NCBI GenBank assembly: GCA_963700985.1
Contig: OY969554.1
Location: forward strand, 1,504,001-1,568,000
Source: an uncultured Chlamydiales bacterium
GTDB taxonomy: Bacteria > Chlamydiota > Chlamydiia > Chlamydiales > Rhabdochlamydiaceae
Reading direction: 5' to 3'
DNA: 64,000 nt
Position 1 is the first letter of the stretch; each line of letters begins with the position of its first letter. Positions 29,415 through 37,941 of this stretch are shown here, piece by piece. The translations under genes and the position numbers were made by a program. The notes under the pieces were generated by a model. The model did not search any database. It was not told where the DNA came from and was given only the letters and a program-made list of their open reading frames with translations.

Positions 29415-30860
29415 ATGTTTATTTCAAAAGTGATTTGCTTAGCAGTGCTTTTTGCAGCAGCGCAAGTTTTTGGAGCGAATGAGAACCCAAGAGTTGTAGT
29501 TGTGGGAGCGGGACTCGCCGGATTGACCACAGCCTACCGATTGCATCAAGAAGGCGTCGATGTGCATGTCTATGAGGCGCGCAATCGTGTGGGTGGAAGA
29601 GTGCTTACGGCCATAGTTGGAAATACTATCGCCGAATTAGGAGGGCAGAATGTTTCCGATGGAGGCGACTCGGAAAATATGCGCCGCCTTATTGAAGAGC
29701 TTGGGCTTGAGCTTAACATAGACAAGGTGACAGGCACGCGCGATCGTTACTACTTTAATAATGGACACATGATCTCTGTGTCTCATCTTTTAGGCGATAA
29801 AGAGTTTCATCCTGAAGAGCTTAAATCACTATTAAAGCACCTAGCTTTGAATTCACAGAACGTACGCCAAGTATTGAAAGAACTTTTTGCAGAAGATGAC
29901 CCTCTGTTTAAAGTTTACTCCGTGCGCATTGCCGCCTTTGAAGGTGGAGATGTAGAAAAACTATCTGCTTGCTATGCCCTAACAACTTTATATCACCAGA
30001 TTCTCGGAGGAGTCTCCTCAGCACATCAAAATGACAACCTTGTGACCGTTTCCAGGATTAACGGAGGGAATTCCCTGCTGCCCCATAAAATGGCGCAAAA
30101 ACTTTACGATAGACTTATCCTTAATAAAGTCCTGGTATCTATTTCAAAAGATCTAGATGGCTCTTATCTACTTACCTTTGAAGATGGACAAAAGACGAAT
30201 GCAGACATTTTAGTGCTCGCGCTTCCTTGCTCCGTATATTCTGATATTAATTTTCAAGACGATCTCATTCCCCAAGATAAGCTGCTAGCCATTAGGAATG
30301 TCCCCTATGGAACAAATGCCAAGATCTTAGTGCCTTTTTCTGGCCATGCTCCCAAACGCGTCACGTTTACCAATAACCGTATGGTGAGTTTTTTTGATGC
30401 TAACTGTGGCATCTTAACGCTCTACTACACTGGCGAAGCCAGTCGTTTTTCACCCGAAACTCTGAAAGACACTTATAGAGAAGAAAGACCTGCATTAGAA
30501 GTGGGTTTTGGAGATATGTGCCCGCCCTTCATTATACCTGTATTCGCTCAAGGCGATGAAACTTTTGTTAGCTATGACGGCCCAGTTGGTTATAGCTGGC
30601 CAAACGACAGGTTTGTTAAAGGCTCCTATTCCTACATTGCTCCTGGCCAAGAAAAGACCTTTACTTCGATCGAAATCATAGATGGTGAAGAAGTAAAAAC
30701 ACTTTTTGCTCCCCTGAATCAAAGACTCTATTTTGTAGGAGAGCATGCCTCGGTTTTAATGGATGTGCCCGGCACGATGGAAGCTGCCTGCGAATCAGGC
30801 GAGCGCGCAGCTCGCATGATCATAAAAACTCTTAAAAAACAGGAACGTCTAGGAATCTAA
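29415..30860 (+). CDS. Flavin-containing amine oxidase family protein with signal peptide
   Basis: VVGAGLAGLTTA, YEARNRVGGRV, AELGG, GSYS and LYFVGEH...GTMEAACESGERAA. Confidence 0.88.
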   Translation: MFISKVICLAVLFAAAQVFGANENPRVVVVGAGLAGLTTAYRLHQEGVDVHVYEARNRVGGRVLTAIVGNTIAELGGQNVSDGGDSENMRRLIEELGLELNIDKVTGTRDRYYFNNGHMISVSHLLGDKEFHPEELKSLLKHLALNSQNVRQVLKELFAEDDPLFKVYSVRIAAFEGGDVEKLSACYALTTLYHQILGGVSSAHQNDNLVTVSRINGGNSLLPHKMAQKLYDRLILNKVLVSISKDLDGSYLLTFEDGQKTNADILVLALPCSVYSDINFQDDLIPQDKLLAIRNVPYGTNAKILVPFSGHAPKRVTFTNNRMVSFFDANCGILTLYYTGEASRFSPETLKDTYREERPALEVGFGDMCPPFIIPVFAQGDETFVSYDGPVGYSWPNDRFVKGSYSYIAPGQEKTFTSIEIIDGEEVKTLFAPLNQRLYFVGEHASVLMDVPGTMEAACESGERAARMIIKTLKKQERLGI

Positions 30861-30875
30861 GCATGGCTTGTGAAT

Positions 30876-30932
30876 TTGCCATCGCAAGTGGCAATTTACA
30901 TTGAAAAATGCTACTAGCGGTAGCATTTTTCA
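30876..30932. repeat. Tandem related palindromes (operator pair or bidirectional terminator)
   Basis: TTGCCA-N7-TGGCAA and a perfect 13-bp inverted repeat TGAAAAATGCTAC-TAGCG-GTAGCATTTTTCA. Confidence 0.6.
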
Positions 30933-31244
30933 TTTTCCACATGTAAATGATTATCTATTAAATGTTTAGCATTTAAAAATTAAGCATAGAAACCAATTTT
31001 TGAAGCTGCCGATTGATTTCGATTTTTACAATACTCAGAAAAACCCACAAATCCTAATTTATAAGACGTATTTTAATGTAAAATGCTAATTTAATGATTT
31101 ATTATTGTTGTAATATTACAACAAAAGTAGAGGAAAAAAAACCTCTCTCAGAAAGAATAAGCGAACTCCAATTTAGCGACCGTGACAAGGGTCCAGAAAA
31201 AAAAGACATCCATTCGCACTAGATAGTTTCAGATAGAATTAGAC

Positions 31245-31751
31245 CTAATTTCCTGTTCCGTTTGTCGTAGAGTTGATCTTACTTCGAATTTTTAAGAGCA
31301 TTTCTTCAATGTCTTTTATCTTGTTTTCTGTACCTATTTTTTCCATAGCTGCCCTGAGTTCGTCATCTGTTGTTGAGGCTTCATTTTGCGCCGAAAGACA
31401 AAAATCTAAAAAATCTTCAGCAAAACGTTCGGTTAAAGCCACAATCTTCATTTTAACTATCTTTTCTTTCGAATCTTCGGGGATTCCTCTTTCAAGGACT
31501 CCTTTCGCATAAAGCTTTTCAAGCATGTTTTCGCTTACACAAGAGCGGGCTAGCTGCCACTCCGAAGCACCAAAAATGGCTTTGACTAAATTGAAAATGC
31601 GGAAAACAATCCAATTCATTATCACCCAGCAATCATCATTCGGGATGCTATAGCGCAGGATGCACTCCTCAACAGGCTGATAGCGCTCCGGCGTTAATTG
31701 CATGACTTGGAAGTAATCTGCACTAGCGGGGGACAATTTGCCTAAACTCAT
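31245..31751 (-). CDS. Hypothetical protein (lineage-specific, possible effector)
   Basis: 168-aa ORF with GAGG RBS in AT-rich flanks; no recognised motif. Confidence 0.7.
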   Translation of the reverse strand: MSLGKLSPASADYFQVMQLTPERYQPVEECILRYSIPNDDCWVIMNWIVFRIFNLVKAIFGASEWQLARSCVSENMLEKLYAKGVLERGIPEDSKEKIVKMKIVALTERFAEDFLDFCLSAQNEASTTDDELRAAMEKIGTENKIKDIEEMLLKIRSKINSTTNGTGN

Positions 31752-31846
31752 ATTTTCCTCTAATTGCTTAAATTAATAAAAATCTGAAGCAATCATACCA
31801 AATATAAAATTAAATTTCAAAGATAGAAGACATTAGATATTAAGCA

Positions 31847-31884
31847 TTCTGAGAGAAGATTTTAGAGAAAATCCTCTCTCAGAA
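31847..31884 (-). terminator. Hairpin downstream of the CT623-like OMP gene
   Basis: TTCTGAGAGAAGATTTT-AGAG-AAAATCCTCTCTCAGAA (one mismatch). Confidence 0.6.
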
Positions 31885-31899
31885 AATGTTAACTAATTA

Positions 31900-33165
31900 T
31901 TAGAAAGCGTAGTTGAATTCCAATTCATACTGCTTATAGTGCCGGAAAGGTCCGATATCACTATCTAAAGTAACTGATTGGCTCCAGCTTTGGAAGAGCA
32001 CGAGGTTATTTGTGAGTAGATACTCGAGCGTAATGTTGTAGCCGCGGAAGTTGGTATTTCCTGAAGCGGTTGCACGTGTTGTGTTGCCGCCTGTGCCATT
32101 TACGTTATGCGTATAAAAGCCCGCATTTGCAGCATTTCCTAAGCCCACACCTGCTTCGTCAAAATCCGGAACAACTTGCGCTGCGAGCAGTTGATAGTTG
32201 ATATCAAGCGACCAGTCGCCCTGTTTCTTTAATTCACCAATGGAAAAGCCAGTATAGGCTCCCCAGTTGGCAAGCTTTTTATCAGTAATGGCTAATCTTC
32301 TAGCAGCATGATTCAATAGACCCGCGATGTAAAGAACCACGATTTTTTGGAATTTCTTAGGGAGAAACTTATAGCCAAAAAGAAGTTGAGAGACGGCAAA
32401 GTCAAAGCGTCGGTTATTGATACTTTTCCCTTCTTTGGTGCGTTTGTAATGCTTTGTGTCCCAGTCGATGAAGAGATACTTAGTATAAAATCCAGAATCG
32501 GCAATGTCGAGAAGGCCGAGCTCAGCTAAATAACCATAATGGTATCGGCGCTCATCAATCACGAAAGTACCAGCGTGGACATAAAAGTCGGCAATGGTTT
32601 CAAATCCTTGATCATACTTTAAGAAGATCCCGTCAAAAAATGAATCTCCTTCAACCTTAGTGTCGACGAAGGCGTTAATACGTCTGCGGCCTAATTCAGC
32701 ATCGAGAATTAAAGAGCTCCAGTCGATTAAGCGAATTCCGAAATAAGCGCGTTCTAGCTTAAGTCTATTCAGCGTTCCACCGAAAATACCCGCGTTGTTA
32801 TCGAATTCGAGCTTAACGGAAGCCCACGCTTTATCGGCGCGATAGTCCAACATGACGTTAACCTCAACATCGAATGTCTCGTGAGGAAGATCTAGAGGGG
32901 TGTTTCCCCCACGCTGGCTCTTGCCATCGACTTTTTCATACGCTGCTTGCATCTCAGTACGGACTTCACCGCTAATAGCAAGCGCACCACCTTTCTCTTT
33001 GACGGTGACTTGACGTTTAGTGTTAATCCACTCGCGCAGCGCTTGGATGTCGCGCGCCTCGATATCCGCTCCATGTTCGCCTTGATCAATCGTATCAGCA
33101 TGTGCTTGCGATATAAAAAGCGTGGCGGCAAAGAAAGCAGAGAGGGCGTACGTGAATTTTTTCAT
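31900..33165 (-). CDS. Chlamydial outer-membrane beta-barrel protein (CT623/'76 kDa homolog'-like putative porin)
   Basis: Signal peptide, alternating beta-strands, C-terminal YELEFNYAF (terminal Phe BAM signal); AAGGAG RBS. Confidence 0.8.
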   Translation of the reverse strand: MKKFTYALSAFFAATLFISQAHADTIDQGEHGADIEARDIQALREWINTKRQVTVKEKGGALAISGEVRTEMQAAYEKVDGKSQRGGNTPLDLPHETFDVEVNVMLDYRADKAWASVKLEFDNNAGIFGGTLNRLKLERAYFGIRLIDWSSLILDAELGRRRINAFVDTKVEGDSFFDGIFLKYDQGFETIADFYVHAGTFVIDERRYHYGYLAELGLLDIADSGFYTKYLFIDWDTKHYKRTKEGKSINNRRFDFAVSQLLFGYKFLPKKFQKIVVLYIAGLLNHAARRLAITDKKLANWGAYTGFSIGELKKQGDWSLDINYQLLAAQVVPDFDEAGVGLGNAANAGFYTHNVNGTGGNTTRATASGNTNFRGYNITLEYLLTNNLVLFQSWSQSVTLDSDIGPFRHYKQYELEFNYAF

Positions 33166-33273
33166 CTAAATCTCCTTAGCGGGGGCTGGAAGGAGATATA
33201 TTCATTGAGGGAGGCGATTTTTTTCAAAGGAAAAGCGCCAGAGACAAAACTTGTTGCTGGTTCAAAAGAATTT

Positions 33274-34023
33274 CTAAAATTTAAGATCACCACTGAGAGT
33301 GATCGCCTGTTCATCGACAAGACGTACCTCTACATTCACGATCACGCGCACGGCAGGAGAAAAACCGCAGCCCAAAAAGAGCCCTGCGGGATACCTACTA
33401 TGAGCTTTTATATGGCTCTTGGCAAGGCTGTCTAAATGCGAGAGTTTCGCCTTTGCATAGGAGCCTTCAATCCCAATATAGGGGATGAAAATGTCAACTT
33501 TATGCGCCACGCCCAAGCTTGCCCCTACTTCGCGATAAAAGAGCCTAGCGCCTTTTCTTTCAAGAGGAGTTCCATTTAAAACCAGCTCTTTAAGCTGAGG
33601 GCGCGATTGTAGATAGCTGGCTTCGGCTGTAAAAAAAGTTTCGCCATATTCATAGATGATCGCTCTGGCGCCGGTCTTCCATGCGCCTCCATTGCGACTC
33701 TCGAACTCCAAACGCTCGCCTTTATACTGCTGGCGAATATTAGCTGAAAAACTTCCTCCGCTAGTATAGAAATCAAGCCGTTCCCAGGCCGTTATGGTTG
33801 CTGTGCCAAAATTTTCGAGAATTTCAAACTTATGCATATGCGCATTCAACTTACGATTCCAAACAAAATCGCCTTCATATCCTATGCGCACACCCAAATT
33901 CGCCTCTTTGGCTAGATAAAATCCTTCTTCAGGACATCTGGGTAGAGCAGGATTGCCATGATAAAGGGCATGTCCTAAAGGCAGAAACGCACAAAAAATG
34001 AGAAAGCTAAGAAGAATTTTCAT
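33274..34023 (-). CDS. MOMP/PorB-like outer-membrane protein (short)
   Basis: LYHGNPALP after the signal peptide (cf. MOMP LPVGNPAEP), GYEGDFVWNR, FIPYIG, VEVRLVDEQAITLSGDLKF. Confidence 0.82.
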   Translation of the reverse strand: MKILLSFLIFCAFLPLGHALYHGNPALPRCPEEGFYLAKEANLGVRIGYEGDFVWNRKLNAHMHKFEILENFGTATITAWERLDFYTSGGSFSANIRQQYKGERLEFESRNGGAWKTGARAIIYEYGETFFTAEASYLQSRPQLKELVLNGTPLERKGARLFYREVGASLGVAHKVDIFIPYIGIEGSYAKAKLSHLDSLAKSHIKAHSRYPAGLFLGCGFSPAVRVIVNVEVRLVDEQAITLSGDLKF

Positions 34024-34169
34024 AAGAAGAGTGAAAAGTTAACGCAAACGCTGAAATTTATCCAGCTTCGAGCTCGCAAAAATAAACAGTATTAGGGAAA
34101 TTGTTATCATTGAAAAGCAGCGCCGAGAAAAGTTTAACGCGTCTGCTTAAATCAGAAGTGCAAAGCGGC

Positions 34170-34640
34170 CTATCTACAAAACAGATAGGAACAAAAGCAA
34201 CCAGGAGGGCAGATGACTTCCGATCTTCCACACCAAATCTGAGGACATTGTGCCCTTTCTGCTTCGATTTGCTCTATTGTACGATGCGCCTCTGCAATCC
34301 ATTTAAATGCTTCGCAATTAAATCCGCGCTTTTCAACTTCTTGATATGACAAATCTTTAACGACCACAACTTTGGTTTCCAAAATGCCTTTTTCTGGAGC
34401 AGGGACTAAGAATAATCCAGTGCCCTTCATATTAGGATTTTGTTTTGTTTGTAATAACTTTAAAGAATCTAACGGCGTTTGATTTTTGTTGCAATTACAG
34501 TCCTTGCTGAAAGACCTATTGCTTATTGTGATGGCTTTTGCGCCTGTTTTAAGAAAATCATAAGAAAAGCTGTGAATGATAGTTGTCGCTCTTGCCAAGC
34601 TCTTAATTCCCAAAATTCCTGATGCTATTCTAAATGCCAT
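34170..34640 (-). CDS. Hypothetical protein with Cys-rich C-terminus
   Basis: 156-aa ORF with GAGG RBS in AT-rich context. Confidence 0.55.
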   Translation of the reverse strand: MAFRIASGILGIKSLARATTIIHSFSYDFLKTGAKAITISNRSFSKDCNCNKNQTPLDSLKLLQTKQNPNMKGTGLFLVPAPEKGILETKVVVVKDLSYQEVEKRGFNCEAFKWIAEAHRTIEQIEAERAQCPQIWCGRSEVICPPGCFCSYLFCR

Positions 34641-34755
34641 AAGTCCTCTTCTTAAGATTTAAGAAAATAATTTAGGCGCATCTTTAAAAATCAGCAATGT
34701 TTTTATTTTCAGTCTCTTATGCGTTTTCAATAAACCTGTCGTCTTTATCCAAGAC

Positions 34756-37629
34756 CTAATGGAGCATTTTTCGATCAAAAACGGACTGCGAATTCATGGC
34801 GGTGTACTCGAATGTGCGGGGATAGAGCACCCAAGGAAATCTGCTGCGCCCCTCGACGAAAGGCTTCCAACTCGGCATGGGAACGCCTTCTAATCCAAGA
34901 TGGTCGGTTCTCCATAATTCGAGTTTGACGGTGCCTGGATTTACAAGCAGGGTGAAAAAACTATCGATCCAATTGGTATCAGCAAATAGAAGGGGCGGCG
35001 GCGGCGCTAAGCCTAATTCTCGCGCTTTTTGTGCGATCTCTGCATGGAGATCAAACTTCAAAGCAACTTTCCTGTGAGCTAAAAGGTAGCAAGCTTTGGC
35101 TGTTTCTTGAATGGCTTTGGAGGTGAAGTAATAGGTTGGATATTGAGAGGCATCTTCTAAGATCTGTTCTATCTGCGCATCATTGTGTTTGCCCAAAAGA
35201 TTTTTAATGGCTTGCTGCCAGTTTCGTCCATCCGTCAGGGGTAGGGCTTGATAGAGAAAAGCATCGACATTTGATCCAACAGCCAGCTTGCCCGCCTCAC
35301 CGCGTAGTGAAAGGATTGAGAGGGTCTCATCTAAGAGAAGCTGGCGAAATTCCAGCACACCGATGGCATGTGATGTGGCGGCAAAACGCCGGCGCAGTAA
35401 ATGAGCCAAATCTAAGGGAAGCTGATCTGCAAATTGATCGACGAGATAGTGCTGTTCTTTGGAAGAGAGGGAAATTTTTTCATAAAATTCTTTGCCCGGC
35501 AGGAGAAGTCGATCTCGCACCCACGTATATGTATAGATATCATCTTGCCAGCCTTCTTTGAAAAGCTGCCAGCCAGGATAAAGCACAAAAGCATGCGTTG
35601 GTGATTGAATCAGCATGCCCTTATCGGGATTACGCACAAAAGGATCGGTAAGTTGAGCCGAAAGGTGCTTAATCGTATCGATCAGAAAAACGGCTAATTC
35701 AATTTCACTCTCAATGCGTTTTGGCTCTTCTGTGATTTCACCTTCGCGCCGAAAATAACTTTTTAGCAGGGTCGTCATCGTTCCGCCGGAGGTATAAGCC
35801 CACGGCTTCTTTTCCATTTTGTCGAGATGGGCCAGCGGATTTTTCATGAGGGGCATCTCGTGTGCTTTGGCCATGCGCAAAATTGAGCTCTCTAAAAATT
35901 CTTGGCTCCTAAGATGGATAATGATTGCAGAAGTGACCCGGTCAACCTCATCGCTTTCCGTGTCGGTCTTAAGGGTTGCAAGGATCTCATGCTCGGTCTT
36001 TCGGAAAAAGTCGATCAGACAATCGATGTACTGCTCAGGAGTATAGATCCAACTCCAGAAAAATGGGTCGCTTCGGCCGTGCTTATAAATTAGCCTAAAT
36101 CCGGCTGGGCTGTCCTCGTATTCTCCGACTTTTACATCTTGCATCTCAGGATCATAGATCTCCTGAAAATAGACGACGAATCTCTCTTCATACTGTTTGA
36201 GTAAAAAGGGAAAGAGTGCGGCAATTTTTTCCCCACGTTGCACAAGCGTATTACGCTTTTCCAAACATGCTTGAAGATGATACGAACGGGTATAATGCTC
36301 AGCACGAAGGCGACTCACATCTCTTTCGGAAGAGGCTTGGCGCAAAAGCGCTTCGGTGAGATTGAGCTGGTCAAAGGCGATCTCGTAATCTTTACCTGCG
36401 GCTTCAATTTCGTTATTATATTCCGCGATTTTCGCATTAAGCTCATGGTGAATTTTCTCGCCAATTCCCCCCGGCTCTTCAGGGTTAAGCCCTAGGCTGA
36501 TTGAGAGATTCCAGCGAGAAAAATCCATTTTAACATCGCAAAAAGAGGCCAGCGTAAATTCCCAAGCCTTCAAAAGAGCGTTATCAGTTTGAGCTTTAAA
36601 AGCCGCACTAGCTAGATCTCTTTTTGTCTTAAATTCAATAAATAACTCGTGCTTCCTAGAATATCCTTGAAATCGAAGTTCTCCCTGAAATGCTGGCGAG
36701 CGCATCTCCTGTTCTCGTATTTCTTCATGAGTTAAGCCAACTGATGCCAGGAGCAACTTATCCAAACACTCTTCGATGGTCATCTCATTTTTTGCCTGAA
36801 TAAACGGGGCAAGCAGAACATCTAACTGAGGCAGCTTGGCCTTAATATTACCCTCTAAAAGGCCCACCGCCGAAAGTGCCGCCATAAGACCGGGGGAATA
36901 GGAGAGATGAGCATGGGGATCTTTCAGGTGAATGCTTTTTTTAAGATCACCCGCGCCCCAACTTGGGCTTAAAGGCACGACTAGCTCATGGCCTGCTAGT
37001 GTTCTTTTGAGTCTTCCGGTGGTTAAAAGTTCAAATAGATCGTTCAAATAGGTATCGATCTGCTCTTCATGTACGAGAATTGCGGGGGCAGTTGCAAAGC
37101 AGGAGCCCACATTCTGGCGCAAAGCAGAAAAGCAGGAGGCTAATATAGCCTTTCGCACTTCGACATCACCAATGGAGGAGCCAGCAGGAAGCAGTAAAGT
37201 GTCACGAATGAGTTGCTCGGCTCCTTGATGACAGAGCGGCGCATGAAATTTTCTAAGCTGCCGTACAAGCGCCTTGTCGGAGCTAAGTCTTTTGAGCAGT
37301 GAAAAAAATCGACGCATGAAACGCGTATCGCTCATGCCGCGCGGATAAGGAATAAAGGGCGCCTTCTCCCAAATAGCTAAAAGATTTGATAGAACTTCTT
37401 TGGCGATTTCGCCTTTTTCATCAATTAAGTGACTGGCAATCAGCCGCGCGCGTCTATTGGCTCGTAAACGAAAGCTGTCTTGAATTTGTGAGCGATCGCA
37501 CAAATAGGAGAGCTCAACCTCTTCTTTGAGCTCAAAGAGATCGATGAACGGGTCGCTCGTATCCTCTTCAACTAGCTGAAAGAAGATCTTTGAAAGGAGC
37601 TCAGGGTCTCCAAAAGAAGGGATGTCCAT
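34756..37629 (-). CDS. Large conserved-type chlamydial hypothetical protein (957 aa), possible cysteine peptidase fold
   Basis: Long ORF with motifs RQNVGSCFATAP, PWAYTSGG, SPTHAF and FADTNW. Confidence 0.85.
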   Translation of the reverse strand: MDIPSFGDPELLSKIFFQLVEEDTSDPFIDLFELKEEVELSYLCDRSQIQDSFRLRANRRARLIASHLIDEKGEIAKEVLSNLLAIWEKAPFIPYPRGMSDTRFMRRFFSLLKRLSSDKALVRQLRKFHAPLCHQGAEQLIRDTLLLPAGSSIGDVEVRKAILASCFSALRQNVGSCFATAPAILVHEEQIDTYLNDLFELLTTGRLKRTLAGHELVVPLSPSWGAGDLKKSIHLKDPHAHLSYSPGLMAALSAVGLLEGNIKAKLPQLDVLLAPFIQAKNEMTIEECLDKLLLASVGLTHEEIREQEMRSPAFQGELRFQGYSRKHELFIEFKTKRDLASAAFKAQTDNALLKAWEFTLASFCDVKMDFSRWNLSISLGLNPEEPGGIGEKIHHELNAKIAEYNNEIEAAGKDYEIAFDQLNLTEALLRQASSERDVSRLRAEHYTRSYHLQACLEKRNTLVQRGEKIAALFPFLLKQYEERFVVYFQEIYDPEMQDVKVGEYEDSPAGFRLIYKHGRSDPFFWSWIYTPEQYIDCLIDFFRKTEHEILATLKTDTESDEVDRVTSAIIIHLRSQEFLESSILRMAKAHEMPLMKNPLAHLDKMEKKPWAYTSGGTMTTLLKSYFRREGEITEEPKRIESEIELAVFLIDTIKHLSAQLTDPFVRNPDKGMLIQSPTHAFVLYPGWQLFKEGWQDDIYTYTWVRDRLLLPGKEFYEKISLSSKEQHYLVDQFADQLPLDLAHLLRRRFAATSHAIGVLEFRQLLLDETLSILSLRGEAGKLAVGSNVDAFLYQALPLTDGRNWQQAIKNLLGKHNDAQIEQILEDASQYPTYYFTSKAIQETAKACYLLAHRKVALKFDLHAEIAQKARELGLAPPPPLLFADTNWIDSFFTLLVNPGTVKLELWRTDHLGLEGVPMPSWKPFVEGRSRFPWVLYPRTFEYTAMNSQSVFDRKMLH

Positions 37630-37696
37630 GCTTCTCGTATTCTGCCTCAGAGTATCTTTTACAAACTAGCTCTTCGAGCTTTAGAGGAAGCATATA

Positions 37697-37821
37697 TAAC
37701 AGGATGAAGAGGATCGCCGCATAACGCGACGGACAGGATATGCAAGATGCCATCATGAGAAATATTTTTTCTTATCATGTTCATCCTAGTCGGCGCCTCG
37801 CCGATCCTACTTATCCTGTAA
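37697..37821. mobile_element. Modular AGGAT/ATCCT palindromic element (MITE/REP-like), copy 1
   Basis: TAACAGGAT...ATCCTGTAA ends, 4+4 internal ~9-nt units, GC-rich inserts; relatives at 60178 and 48128. Confidence 0.7.
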
Positions 37822-37941
37822 TTCTTTATCCTATCCAAAGCCCGCCTTTGCGAGTTACCTACTTTAATCTTCTATTTGCACCCAAAAATTGGCCGAAATG
37901 GCAGAATGACTTAAAACGTAAAATCAATCGGGGCGGAGAAG

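Noticed and set aside
32947-33435. 162-aa plus-strand ORF bridging the two OMP genes
   Set aside because: Antisense to two well-supported genes, with no motif
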